The notes beneath the pieces were generated by a model that worked only from the letters and a program-made list of their open reading frames with translations, ran no database searches and was not told where the DNA came from. A DNA stretch of 64,000 nt. Source: a virus (lineage: Duplodnaviria; Caudoviricetes). Location of the stretch: positions 64,001-128,000 of IMG/VR virus record IMGVR_UViG_2660238657_000001. The stretch is one strand, 5' to 3'. This document shows positions 9,988-19,603 of this stretch, one piece after another (within the stretch, counting starts at the first letter, position 1; each line of letters opens with the position of its first letter). The position numbers were made by a program, and so were the translations under genes.

Positions 9988-11386
9988 CTATAGCCACCTC
10001 TCTTTCTGCTAAAGATTTTTGTAATTTATTAGATATAATTTTATAATCATTTGGCTTCAATATTTTTTTATTCCCAGATACACTTTCTATTTCTTCAATG
10101 CTTAATTTTTCGAAAATATCAAATGCTTTATCTTCCCAATCTTTAAACTTATATAACTTTTTAGCTATATCACAAAATGCAATAAATGTATTTTTTCGAT
10201 AAAATAATTCCTTAGGTTGTAAATTGCTTTTATTAAAATAGTCCTTATAACAATCTATAGCCACATCAAAGAATTTACTTAAATAGCTTCTAATCTCTCT
10301 ATATTCTTTTCTTCCATCTATATCAAAATAATTATTTATAGCAGAACCAAGTGTTAAAACATCGGTATATTGACAATGCTTGGTTAGTTCTATTAAATCG
10401 TTAGCTACTTTACCCTTTAATTCTTTGCTTAATGTTTTTAGTTCTTTTGCCATAGCAACACCTTTATTATCAGGATCACGTCTTTGTAAAGAATTTTCAT
10501 CAATCTTAGTTCCTGAATTTTCTTGGATGATATGGTGTATAGCCTGTTCTTCGTTAAACACAAAGACATTTAGCATATTATATTTATCTGTATTGGGATA
10601 TTCTTCTACGTATATTTCTTGCGCAGATGTTCTATGCTGACCATCTAGTAAATCAACGTAAGAATGTTGTCTACCATCAACTTTGATTTTTAACCAACCA
10701 AAATCACCAACATTCATACCACCATCATCAAACTGCGGATCGTCTCCTTCATTATCTCTAATATTTAAAGTTAGCATATTAGGATTAAATCTATCATTCT
10801 TTAAATCATTATAAATTTTATTTACATTTTCTTGATGTATAGTGATGAATTCATTGATTTGTCCTTTAACCATTTTTTTAGTGGTTTCTCTTTGCGTATT
10901 AGGATTATATATTATTAATCCTCTTTTATAATAATCTACATATTCTACCATAGATATATATGGACATACATAATGATTTTCTGCATTTTTTCTTACATAT
11001 AATTTTATTATGTTATTTTCTTTAGATACTTCTTTTTTATATAAATTAATTGAGTTAATCTCTGTTTCTGTGTAAAAGTTTTCTGGATTTAACTTTTCCA
11101 GATTAGGAATAATTAATATGTTGTTTTTAACATATTCTTTTCCAACTTCATAAATCGCTTTTAAGAAACTACCTAACTCATCTACCTCTTCTAATTTATA
11201 CGTTGGGGTAATTCCTCCAAATAAGCCACTTATTGTTCCTATAGTTATATTCTTATCTTCTAATTGTTCTGCTACATCATATACCATCTTAGGATATAAT
11301 GCATACATTTTAGGTAATTCTTGTTCTAATAATTTATCTATTTCATTTTTGTTTTTACCTAACTCATCTCTACTTCTAATTTTCAT
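9980..11386 (-). CDS. DGQHR/DndB-like (ParB superfamily) protein, SPbeta YopQ-like
   Basis: YNPNTQRE and LLDGQHR motifs; synteny with dead integrase. Confidence 0.75.
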   Translation of the reverse strand: MKIRSRDELGKNKNEIDKLLEQELPKMYALYPKMVYDVAEQLEDKNITIGTISGLFGGITPTYKLEEVDELGSFLKAIYEVGKEYVKNNILIIPNLEKLNPENFYTETEINSINLYKKEVSKENNIIKLYVRKNAENHYVCPYISMVEYVDYYKRGLIIYNPNTQRETTKKMVKGQINEFITIHQENVNKIYNDLKNDRFNPNMLTLNIRDNEGDDPQFDDGGMNVGDFGWLKIKVDGRQHSYVDLLDGQHRTSAQEIYVEEYPNTDKYNMLNVFVFNEEQAIHHIIQENSGTKIDENSLQRRDPDNKGVAMAKELKTLSKELKGKVANDLIELTKHCQYTDVLTLGSAINNYFDIDGRKEYREIRSYLSKFFDVAIDCYKDYFNKSNLQPKELFYRKNTFIAFCDIAKKLYKFKDWEDKAFDIFEKLSIEEIESVSGNKKILKPNDYKIISNKLQKSLAEREVAIDG

Positions 11387-11653
11387 CTTTATTCTCCTCC
11401 ATTACATATTATCTATTTTAATCCCTTTAAGATATAATTCATTTTTTATTTTGAATATGTAACTTCTTTTATACCCTCATATTGTTTTTCTTTTCTATAC
11501 ATATTATACCACAAATAGATTAAAAAATAAACATGTTAAGTGAAATTAAAATGAAAATTTTATATTATTTTTTTAATTCTACTTCATACTAATAATTTAC
11601 ATATTATAAGCATTTTAATTCTGCATTTTCTTCACTTATTAAATCTCCTTTTT

Positions 11654-11712
11654 ATCTAGGTAGCTATTCTAATCCAACATATTTTATATTAAATTAGAAT
11701 AACTACCTAGAT
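11654..11712. terminator. Long hairpin between mazF-like and DGQHR genes
   Basis: ATCTAGGTAGCTATTCTAAT...ATTAGAATAACTACCTAGAT. Confidence 0.55.
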
Positions 11713-11823
11713 TTTATACAAAAATCATTCTGTCTATACGAGGGGTGTCTATTTTTCTCCACTTCACTCATTTTACTTCCCCCATTTTTATGAAATTTTA
11801 CTCTTTCGTTGTGGTATCTTAAT

Positions 11824-12504
11824 TTAACAACCTACAGCAACCATATTATTCATCATTTCAGGATTGTATAAGTTGATATCTCTACTGTTATATTTATTAA
11901 TTACTTCATAATATTTAACATTATAATCTTCACAGTATTCTTTTAATTCACTATAAAGATACATGTATAATTCAGCGTCTAAGTCTTTAGCCTTGTTTAG
12001 CATTTCTATTTTGTCAAACGCTTTTTTAAAACTGAATCTTTCTGTATTAAAATTTCTTATATTATCTCTTGTACCACATCTTAGATTTTTACCTTGTTGA
12101 ACTTCTAGTCCTTTTTCAACTCTCTCCATTAATTTATCATTGGCTCTACCTAATTTATCTATTAATTTACTTTTATCTATTGTCATCATTTGTTCTGATA
12201 AAACGATACTTCTCTTAGTTAATCCACAATCTCTTAAGTCCTCATATGTAGTAATTTCTGTGTGTTGTGGGTACACTTTATTTATTTTACTACTTATAGG
12301 TAAAATATTTACAATATTAGCGTGTTTGTTATTACCCTCTCCTGAAATTATTATACATGGTCTTAAACCTGTTTGTATATTGCTTCCGAAAACTTCTTTA
12401 GCTTCTTGTGGGATTTCAACCATCCATACGTCTCCTCTTCTTACTTCCATTCTTCTCTGAATTTCTTTTAACGCTTCCATACCTCTTAACATTTTAACAT
12501 TCAC
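11824..12504 (-). CDS. mazF: PemK/MazF-family endoribonuclease with C-terminal extension
   Basis: RRGDVW, QTGLRPCIIIS, NN, ILPISSK, SIVLSEQMMTIDKSKL. Confidence 0.85.
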   Translation of the reverse strand: MNVKMLRGMEALKEIQRRMEVRRGDVWMVEIPQEAKEVFGSNIQTGLRPCIIISGEGNNKHANIVNILPISSKINKVYPQHTEITTYEDLRDCGLTKRSIVLSEQMMTIDKSKLIDKLGRANDKLMERVEKGLEVQQGKNLRCGTRDNIRNFNTERFSFKKAFDKIEMLNKAKDLDAELYMYLYSELKEYCEDYNVKYYEVINKYNSRDINLYNPEMMNNMVAVGC

Positions 12505-12831
12505 TCCCCTTAATTATTAACTTAATTTTACCATTTATTTTTAATCTTGTCAACACATATTTTTAATTAATTTTTATTTTGTTATTGATATGTGTTTTCA
12601 TCTCTTAACTTGTTTTAAGTATAACAAATAGAAGTGCGAATGTCAACACTTATTTTAAAATTAATTTAATTAATTTTTATATAGATGTATTTTAAGGGGA
12701 GCTATATAAATATATCTATATAAAGCTATTCTTTTTTACAATTTTAAAATAATCCTAAAGGAGCAAATGTTAATTATATTCTTATATCTTATTTATATTT
12801 TTATATCTTATATTCGTTAAAATTTCATTTC

Positions 12832-12990
12832 TTATATATGTAATTCATTTTTAGTATTTTCCAAATAAGTATTGAACATATCCTCGTATTGCATTTGTTT
12901 AGCTTTTCTTGTAGCTTTTGTTATTACTTCTTCTTTCTTTAGTAGAAACTGATGTCTTGCCATTTCTTTAATTCTCAAACTAATCGCCAT
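12832..12990 (-). CDS. Small protein, 52 aa (not in ORF track)
   Basis: GGAGG RBS then MAISLRIKEMARHQFLLKKEEVITKATRKAKQMQYEDMFNTYLENTKNELHI. Confidence 0.6.
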   Translation of the reverse strand: MAISLRIKEMARHQFLLKKEEVITKATRKAKQMQYEDMFNTYLENTKNELHI

Positions 12991-13023
12991 TTTAACTGCC
13001 TCCAATTTTAATTTAATTATTAT

Positions 13024-13941
13024 TTATCTAACGCTGTAGATTTTTTCTCTTAATTCAACCGTCTTAGCTATAAGTCTCTCACTTCTTTGTTTTTCAGACT
13101 CAGCCATCATTTTACAATTATTTTTCTCATCTTTTAATTCATTCACAACACTATGTAAAGTATGCAATTTGTTATGTAACAGCTCTTCTATATCCCCAAA
13201 TAACTTATCTATGTCTTCGTCGTTTAATCCTATTGCCTGTCTCATATTATTTTTAACTTCTTGTCGTTCTTGGTCTTTTAGCTCTACTTTCCCATTGGAA
13301 ACAATCTCACTTAAAGTTTTCATGCACCATTTTTGAAATTGCAATACCAATTGTTTCTTATCTTCTTTTAATCTTTCGTATTGCATTTTCATTAATAATC
13401 CGATGATCCCTTCTTTATTTACACATATCTTATCACCATCTCCCATATTGATATTAAACACCATTCCATTAAATAACTCTTTATTTCTATCTAGCATTTG
13501 ATGAATTGCTTGTCTACTTAATCCTAAAGCATTGTAAATGTTTGACACTGGAATTACTCTACCATACTCAGTGTCTATTACATCAATATCAATATTATTA
13601 AATTTCTTTTGCTGATAATTAAATATATTAATCACATTTTCATAGTCATTAATATTTTTATTAGTAACATCTGTCAACTTTACGTTGTCACATCTGTTAT
13701 CTTTAAAAATATTAATAGTCTCATTGATTTTCCACTTATAAGGAGTCCATTTACCTCTACCTAAATTTTTAGTTTTTTCTATTGTAGTTATATATCCTTG
13801 TTTCTCTAATACATCTAATAATCTTGTTATTCGTGGCGTATTAGTATCCCCATGCAAATTAACCAAATCTTTTTTATGAGCTTCTACTACTTCATTGTTT
13901 GCTAATGCTTTCATAATATTTAACAATTGTTCTTTTTTCAT
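13024..13941 (-). CDS. wHTH plus antirepressor-like domain and coiled coil
   Basis: RITRLLDVLEKQGYI wHTH; IPVSNIYNALGLSR...FQKW antirepressor-like segment. Confidence 0.55.
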   Translation of the reverse strand: MKKEQLLNIMKALANNEVVEAHKKDLVNLHGDTNTPRITRLLDVLEKQGYITTIEKTKNLGRGKWTPYKWKINETINIFKDNRCDNVKLTDVTNKNINDYENVINIFNYQQKKFNNIDIDVIDTEYGRVIPVSNIYNALGLSRQAIHQMLDRNKELFNGMVFNINMGDGDKICVNKEGIIGLLMKMQYERLKEDKKQLVLQFQKWCMKTLSEIVSNGKVELKDQERQEVKNNMRQAIGLNDEDIDKLFGDIEELLHNKLHTLHSVVNELKDEKNNCKMMAESEKQRSERLIAKTVELREKIYSVR

Positions 13942-14186
13942 TGTTATTCTCCTTTATGTTATTTTGTTTTTATTTATTAATCTGTGCAACAATTAACTCT
14001 TTGTCCTACTTTAACTCTATCTTCTTTATTGGCTTCCTTGTATTTCTTAGCCATCTTTAATATGTAGTTTTCTAACTTATTCTCATTAGTTTTCAATAGA
14101 TTCACCTCCTTTCAAATCCTATATATTCTTTATCTTATGTTTAGATTTAATATGTATATTTTAATTTATTTTTACTTACATATGTA

Positions 14187-15080
14187 TTAGTTCATCAATT
14201 CATTTTTAACTGCATTTAAGCTATTACCTAATTCACACCATATGTTTAATTCGTCAGCAATAACTAAATTATTTGCTTTGTTTTTTAATGTTGCAGATGC
14301 ATAAGCCTTTTTACCCTGTTCTATTCTTTTATTTTGTATCTCAGATTGTCTATGTTTAGCTCTGGAATTTAGATCTATCCCATACATGCCTTTTAATTTA
14401 CCATATGTAAGATTGTAAATTTCGCTTTGTTGTTTACCCGTAGACCTAGCTATCCTATTAATTTCATTTGTAAACTGAACCCTATCTCCTATAACAAACA
14501 TATTATCTAGTTTCTTTTCTTGTTCTATTAATTTGTTACTTACTAATTCCAAATGTTTTTGTTGTTTATATGTAGTTAATTCATTTTCTTTTTGCTTACA
14601 GTTAATAATTAATAGCATATCACTTGGATTAACCTTTAATGCTTGTTGTAAAGAGTATAATCCTAAACTTAATTCCCTTTCCTTATCATCTTCTATTAAT
14701 TTTAACTTTTCTTCTATAGAATCGTATTTACCAGTTTGTTGAACCTTAGTTACTATATCCCACACCTTATCTTCAAATTCATCTGCTTTAGGCATATCAC
14801 TATTTATAATAAGTTTCATTACGCCCTTTTCATTAACAAATGTCTCTCCTGCATTGTTTAATTTTCGGAAGTCCTGTTTTAGGACATCCGAATTTTTGAT
14901 TTTATACTTCTGATTATCCCTAACATTGTCTGCAATTGCTTTACTTCCTCTTGAGTATTCTAGTATATTACCTACTTGTTTTCCATTTAGTAACACTGTA
15001 CCTTCAAACTCAAAACTCACATCCTCTTTTGTTAAAACTTCTAATTCTATTCCCTCAAAAATCATCAAACTGTTTTTCAT
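14187..15080 (-). CDS. BRO-N domain antirepressor-like protein
   Basis: FVNEKGVMKLIINSDMPKADEFEDKVWDI...TGKY. Confidence 0.8.
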   Translation of the reverse strand: MKNSLMIFEGIELEVLTKEDVSFEFEGTVLLNGKQVGNILEYSRGSKAIADNVRDNQKYKIKNSDVLKQDFRKLNNAGETFVNEKGVMKLIINSDMPKADEFEDKVWDIVTKVQQTGKYDSIEEKLKLIEDDKERELSLGLYSLQQALKVNPSDMLLIINCKQKENELTTYKQQKHLELVSNKLIEQEKKLDNMFVIGDRVQFTNEINRIARSTGKQQSEIYNLTYGKLKGMYGIDLNSRAKHRQSEIQNKRIEQGKKAYASATLKNKANNLVIADELNIWCELGNSLNAVKNELMN

Positions 15081-15547
15081 ATACTTCCTCCTTAAATTTT
15101 ATTTTAATTTATTTGTATTTATGCTTTTAGTAAAGGACTGGATTCTATTTATCCTAGTCTCTAATATTTTACCTCCCTTTCATATTTACTATTCTACTAC
15201 TGTTTTCCAATTATGTCAATACTAATTTTAAAATATTTTAAATTATTTTAATTTATTTTTATTTATAATAAAAGAAAAATTATATAGAAATGTTCTTTAA
15301 AGCTTCTTGTAGACTATCAAAAAACATATTTATATAATAATTTAATCCATCTTTTTTATGACCATTCTTGTTTTTGGAATTTATATATAATTCTAATATA
15401 ACACTATCATCATCTAAAAAATATTCTTCATAATTAATCAAATTACAACCACCTCTTTGAGCACGTAAGCCAATCACACCAATACCTTCATATTCATTTT
15501 CATCTTTAAATTCAAAATTTATTTGCTCTACCAAATTTTCTTTTGAA

Positions 15548-16955
15548 TAAATCGCCACGCACTCTCGTGACTTTAGTCATGAGTTAGTGGCGACATATAT
15601 TATTAAAAATCAATTAAAAATATAATTGATAATATATAGAATATATGTTAATATATAAATATAAAAGCGATTAAATAATTACAGGAGGTGAAATTGTCAA
15701 TGTTAAAAGCATTTAAATATAGGATTTATCCTAACGACAGCCAAAAGATTCAATTATCTAAAACATTTGGATGTGTTAGATTTATTTATAATTACTATTT
15801 AGCAAAGAAAATTGATTTATACAAAACAGACTGTAAATCTATATCTAAATATGATTGTAATTCACATTGTAATAAAGAATTAAAAAAATCAGAACAATTT
15901 AAATGGCTTAAAGATGTTGATAAATTTGCCTTGACTAATTCAATTTATAGTTTAGATAGTGCATATAAAAAGTTTTTTAAAGAACATTCAGGATTTCCTA
16001 AGTTTAAGAGTAAGAAAATACATAATTATTCTTATACAACTAACTTTACAAATAATAATATACAAGCTGATTTTATGAATAATAAAATTAAATTACCTAA
16101 ATTAAAATGGATTAAATGCAAACTACATAGAAAATTTGAAGGTAAAATTAAATCTGCTACAATAAGCCAAGTGCCTAGTGGTAAATACTTTGTAAGCATA
16201 TTAGTAGATGTAGAAAATATTCAATTTCCTAAGAATAATAACCAAATCGCTTTTGATTTAGGAATTAAAGAATTTTTAATAGATAGTAATAACAATCATA
16301 TAGATAATTCAAAAACTTTATACAAATATGAACAAAAATTAGCTAAGTTGCAAAGACAAATTGCTCATAAAAAAAAAGGTAGTCAAAATTGGATTAAGCA
16401 AAGAATTAAAATAGCTAGATTACATGAGAAAATAACTAATATTAGAAAAGATTTTCTAAATAAATTATCATGTCAGATAACCAATGATTATGGAATAATT
16501 ATTTCAGAAGATTTAAATATTAAAAATATGGTTAAAAATCATCATTTAGCAAAATCAATAAGTGATGTGTCTTGGGGAGAATTCACAAGACAATTGGCTT
16601 ATAAATCAGAATGGAAAGGTAGAATTTATCATAAAATTGATCCTTGGTTTGCTAGTTCTCAACTATGTTCTAATTGTGGATATAAAAATAAAGAAGTAAG
16701 GAAATTATCTGTTAGAGAATGGATATGTTCAGAATGTGGAACCATTCATCAAAGGGATGAAAATGCTAGTAAAAATATTCTTAAGCAAGGATTAAAAGAA
16801 TTAAACTTAGAAATTGCAATATAAAATTTAAATATAACTAGGGTAGGAACTATCCGAAGTAAGACGACTGTGGACATAGTAGGTAACGAGGTGGGCGAAG
16901 CAGTAAATCCTAAAGCAATGAGGGAAGCCTACGACTTTAGTCGTGGGAGGTTCAC
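15548..16955 (+). mobile_element. Non-autonomous IS200/IS605-family (tnpB-only) element
   Basis: Left hairpin CTCGTGACTTTAGTCATGAG, right hairpin CCTACGACTTTAGTCGTGGG followed by TTCAC; inserted 3' of TTGAA. Confidence 0.88.
15688..16824 (+). CDS. tnpB: RNA-guided endonuclease TnpB
   Basis: KAFKYRIYP, FGCVRFIYN, DLGIK (RuvC I), EDLNI (RuvC II), CSNCG/CSECG zinc finger, RDENAS (RuvC III). Confidence 0.95.
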   Translation: MKLSMLKAFKYRIYPNDSQKIQLSKTFGCVRFIYNYYLAKKIDLYKTDCKSISKYDCNSHCNKELKKSEQFKWLKDVDKFALTNSIYSLDSAYKKFFKEHSGFPKFKSKKIHNYSYTTNFTNNNIQADFMNNKIKLPKLKWIKCKLHRKFEGKIKSATISQVPSGKYFVSILVDVENIQFPKNNNQIAFDLGIKEFLIDSNNNHIDNSKTLYKYEQKLAKLQRQIAHKKKGSQNWIKQRIKIARLHEKITNIRKDFLNKLSCQITNDYGIIISEDLNIKNMVKNHHLAKSISDVSWGEFTRQLAYKSEWKGRIYHKIDPWFASSQLCSNCGYKNKEVRKLSVREWICSECGTIHQRDENASKNILKQGLKELNLEIAI

Positions 16956-16971
16956 TAATGAATACTAACTA
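16825..16971 (+). ncRNA. Putative TnpB omega/reRNA (scaffold to 16955, guide from flank)
   Basis: GC-richer structured segment between tnpB stop and right end; established location of TnpB guide RNAs; 5' boundary uncertain. Confidence 0.65.
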
Positions 16972-17479
16972 TATTATCTTTATATTTTTTTAAACGCCTC
17001 ATGAACGTTTCTATTTGACCTATGTTAAGCAAATGATCCATATTGGTTATATTAATTTTTTTCTTAGTTTTATTAACCCTATTATTAAATCGACTTTGAG
17101 TTTTACTTTCTATTATTATGCCTTTTTTAATTTTTATATCTTTTAATTTTAATTTACTACTCTTATACTGTATATCGTCTAATATATCAGTTAAAATTTG
17201 AATTTTTCTTAATTCTGTAGCTCCATCTAAATTACTAAATTTAATGTTATCAATTGCAAATTCTTTATAATCATTTAAAAATTGTCTCTCTAGCATTCTT
17301 ATAGTATTGTCCTCTTTAGCTGTAACTACATAAGATTCTTTTAAGTCTATTAATCCATTATAAGTTCTCAAATGTTGTTTTATTCTTTCTATGCCTGTTG
17401 CTATTCCTATTTTAATCATTTTTTCTTTATCCATATTTAAAATATATAAAAACATTTTATTATCCCCCTTGATTTTTAA

Positions 17480-17614
17480 AAGTGATTAGAAAGCGTGTAT
17501 TTAATATATTAACACTAATTTATGTGTTTTCTAAGCTCTTTGTTGTCCTATTACACGCTTTTTAATCACCGAATTACAACATTCGTTATCTTAAAACACG
17601 CTTTTTAATCACCA
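17480..17614. repeat. Iteron copies downstream of rep (ACACGCTTTTTAATCACC x2 plus one inverted copy)
   Basis: Copies near 17482-17499 (inverted), 17553-17570 and 17596-17613. Confidence 0.8.
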
Positions 17615-18792
17615 ATTTGATTAAAAAACCTTCCATCTAACTTTATACGTTGCTTCAAGCATTTTTTAAAATACTCTTTAGGCTTTACTATATTATCTCT
17701 TTTTAATTGTAAATCCATATATCTTAATAATGCCTGAATATATCTAATTTCTTGTATGTCCAAGTATTCATCTACTTCATCTAATGTGAATCCTAAGTTA
17801 TAAAAGGCATCTCTTATTTCAGAGAACTTATTATATCTGGTGAGTAAAAAGCCAGGCTCTTCATTATCATTAAATACAAAATAAACTAGATCTTTATTTT
17901 TTTCATCATATTTAATTTTCACTATTTCTTTATCATGCAATATCTTTAATGCCTTTTTTATATATCTTTTTCTATACTTTTCTTGGCTTTCTATCATAGG
18001 TATCTTTTCCATAAGCGTATTAATATTTGCCCATGCAAAATTATTACTACCTTTCCATTGAAGAGCTAGATGATATAATTTTCTTGCCATTAAATTCTTT
18101 GTCTTTAAATACAGTCCTTTATCATAAAACAATTTATAATCATTAATCATTTGATTGTAAGTAAATCTACTTAATTTAATTCTAAGTTTATTGTCTACTT
18201 CAACTAATTCATTGTTTTCATTCTCCTCATACTCAATACAACTATGTACAGATTCTAACAAGTGGAATCCTATTTCTTCCTCAATATATTTTTTTTTCTT
18301 TACATCATATATTCCTCCACTGTGCTTACCTGTTATTGTAGTAGATAATAATATTTTTATGGATTTTCTTAAATTATTAAGTACAGAACTATTTGGAGAC
18401 TTATATCCCATCTCTTTAGCTAATTGATATATTGTAAAGTTTATGGTTAAATAGTCATCTGACACGTCCTCTGTTTTCAATTCACATCTTCCATGATCTG
18501 TTTTTTGATTTAAAAACAATCTTTGTAAACTAACTAAAACATCATATTCTCTTAATGTAGGTACTCCAAATTCACCATGTCCTGATACTTCAATTCCTCT
18601 TTTTATTAATTGATTATTCTCTTTCGTATACCAAATATATTCCATTAAAGTTTGTCGATCACCTTTGTATTCAGCAACAAATGGCAATTGTACTGTATTT
18701 CCTTCAACAGCTCCTTCTATTCCTGCATTATATCTAAAAATTTTTGCTTTCTGTTTTTTTATCAAATTATTGTTTCCCAATGAGTTATTCAC
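17605..18792 (-). CDS. Plasmid-type replication initiator protein (RepA/RPA-like)
   Basis: FGVPTLREYDVLVSL, INFTIYQLAKEMG, LRKSIKIL, ARKLY; flanked by iterons and DnaA boxes. Confidence 0.75.
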   Translation of the reverse strand: MNNSLGNNNLIKKQKAKIFRYNAGIEGAVEGNTVQLPFVAEYKGDRQTLMEYIWYTKENNQLIKRGIEVSGHGEFGVPTLREYDVLVSLQRLFLNQKTDHGRCELKTEDVSDDYLTINFTIYQLAKEMGYKSPNSSVLNNLRKSIKILLSTTITGKHSGGIYDVKKKKYIEEEIGFHLLESVHSCIEYEENENNELVEVDNKLRIKLSRFTYNQMINDYKLFYDKGLYLKTKNLMARKLYHLALQWKGSNNFAWANINTLMEKIPMIESQEKYRKRYIKKALKILHDKEIVKIKYDEKNKDLVYFVFNDNEEPGFLLTRYNKFSEIRDAFYNLGFTLDEVDEYLDIQEIRYIQALLRYMDLQLKRDNIVKPKEYFKKCLKQRIKLDGRFFNQIGD

Positions 18793-18827
18793 ACCTCCGC
18801 AATAGATATATAGTCACCTTCAGTAAC

Positions 18828-18990
18828 TTATCAACATTATCCACAGGTAAATTTATTCATTAAATTTAGTATACGCTTTTCAATCACCATCGTCAAGCTT
18901 TTCAATCACTATGCACAAGCTATTCACTCACCATTAAAAATTATCCCCAAGCCTTTCGCTCACTAAATATACGCTTTTTAATCACCGAAC
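18828..18990. promoter_or_regulatory. Putative plasmid replication origin: DnaA boxes plus five iterons
   Basis: TTATCAACA 18828, TTATCCACA 18837, TTATCCCCA 18941; GCTTTTYAATCAC-like cores at 18875, 18897, 18919, 18951, 18973. Confidence 0.8.
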
Positions 18991-19603
18991 CACTTTATAA
19001 GCTAGTCGTACCAATGCTTGTAGCGATTGTATATACTAATATATTCTTTTAGTATTACATTCTTGTATATATTCAGTTAGAATATACTGTAATACATACT
19101 TGTCCTATATACACTCTTATTAATCACTTTTGTCGTTGTGTTCTACGCATATTCTATATCTTTAATCATATATGCAATTATTAGTTTATTATCAATAATA
19201 TTTTAGCCTTATTTACCCTTAAATTCGATTTTAAATACTAAGATAACCTAAGATACCTAATTATATTTTTAAGAGCTCTTAGGCTAAAATATGGCTTATA
19301 TTTAATACAGAATTTTTTACATAGAGGAAATGGCAAGGTAACTGCCAAGCTTTAGCTTGTGCAGAGGAATCAGAGCATTATTTAACAATTAGATTATATT
19401 TTTAGCCACTATTATTTGCAGAGTTAAAAGTATATTAAACTTATCATTTATTTTAATTATTTTTTAATTTAATATAAGTATAACTTTATTATCTAGATTT
19501 GTCAATGCAATTGTCTTATCAAATTTAATTTATTTTTATATGAAAATAAAACCCTTGTATATTAAGGGTTTTTTAACTCTATAATCAATATAAAATAACA
19601 GTT

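Larger units (their letters stand above)
15280..17455 (-). pseudogene. GIY-YIG/T5orf172-like gene split by IS605-family element (255 aa when rebuilt)
   Basis: FLYIL...IKIGIA..ERIKQH; joining 17455-16956 to 15547-15280 gives 768 nt in frame (...VSIH-YSKENL...). Confidence 0.75.

Noticed and set aside
9980..11386. Dnd phosphorothioation system
   Set aside because: No dndA/C/D/E nearby; context fits a YopQ-like regulator
15280..15558. Independent 92-aa gene
   Set aside because: Its GTG start lies inside the IS left end; it is the 3' half of the split gene
15548..16955. IStron (group I intron-IS chimera), as known from clostridia
   Set aside because: Only about 140 bp precede tnpB, too short for an intron core, and the element is antisense to the interrupted gene
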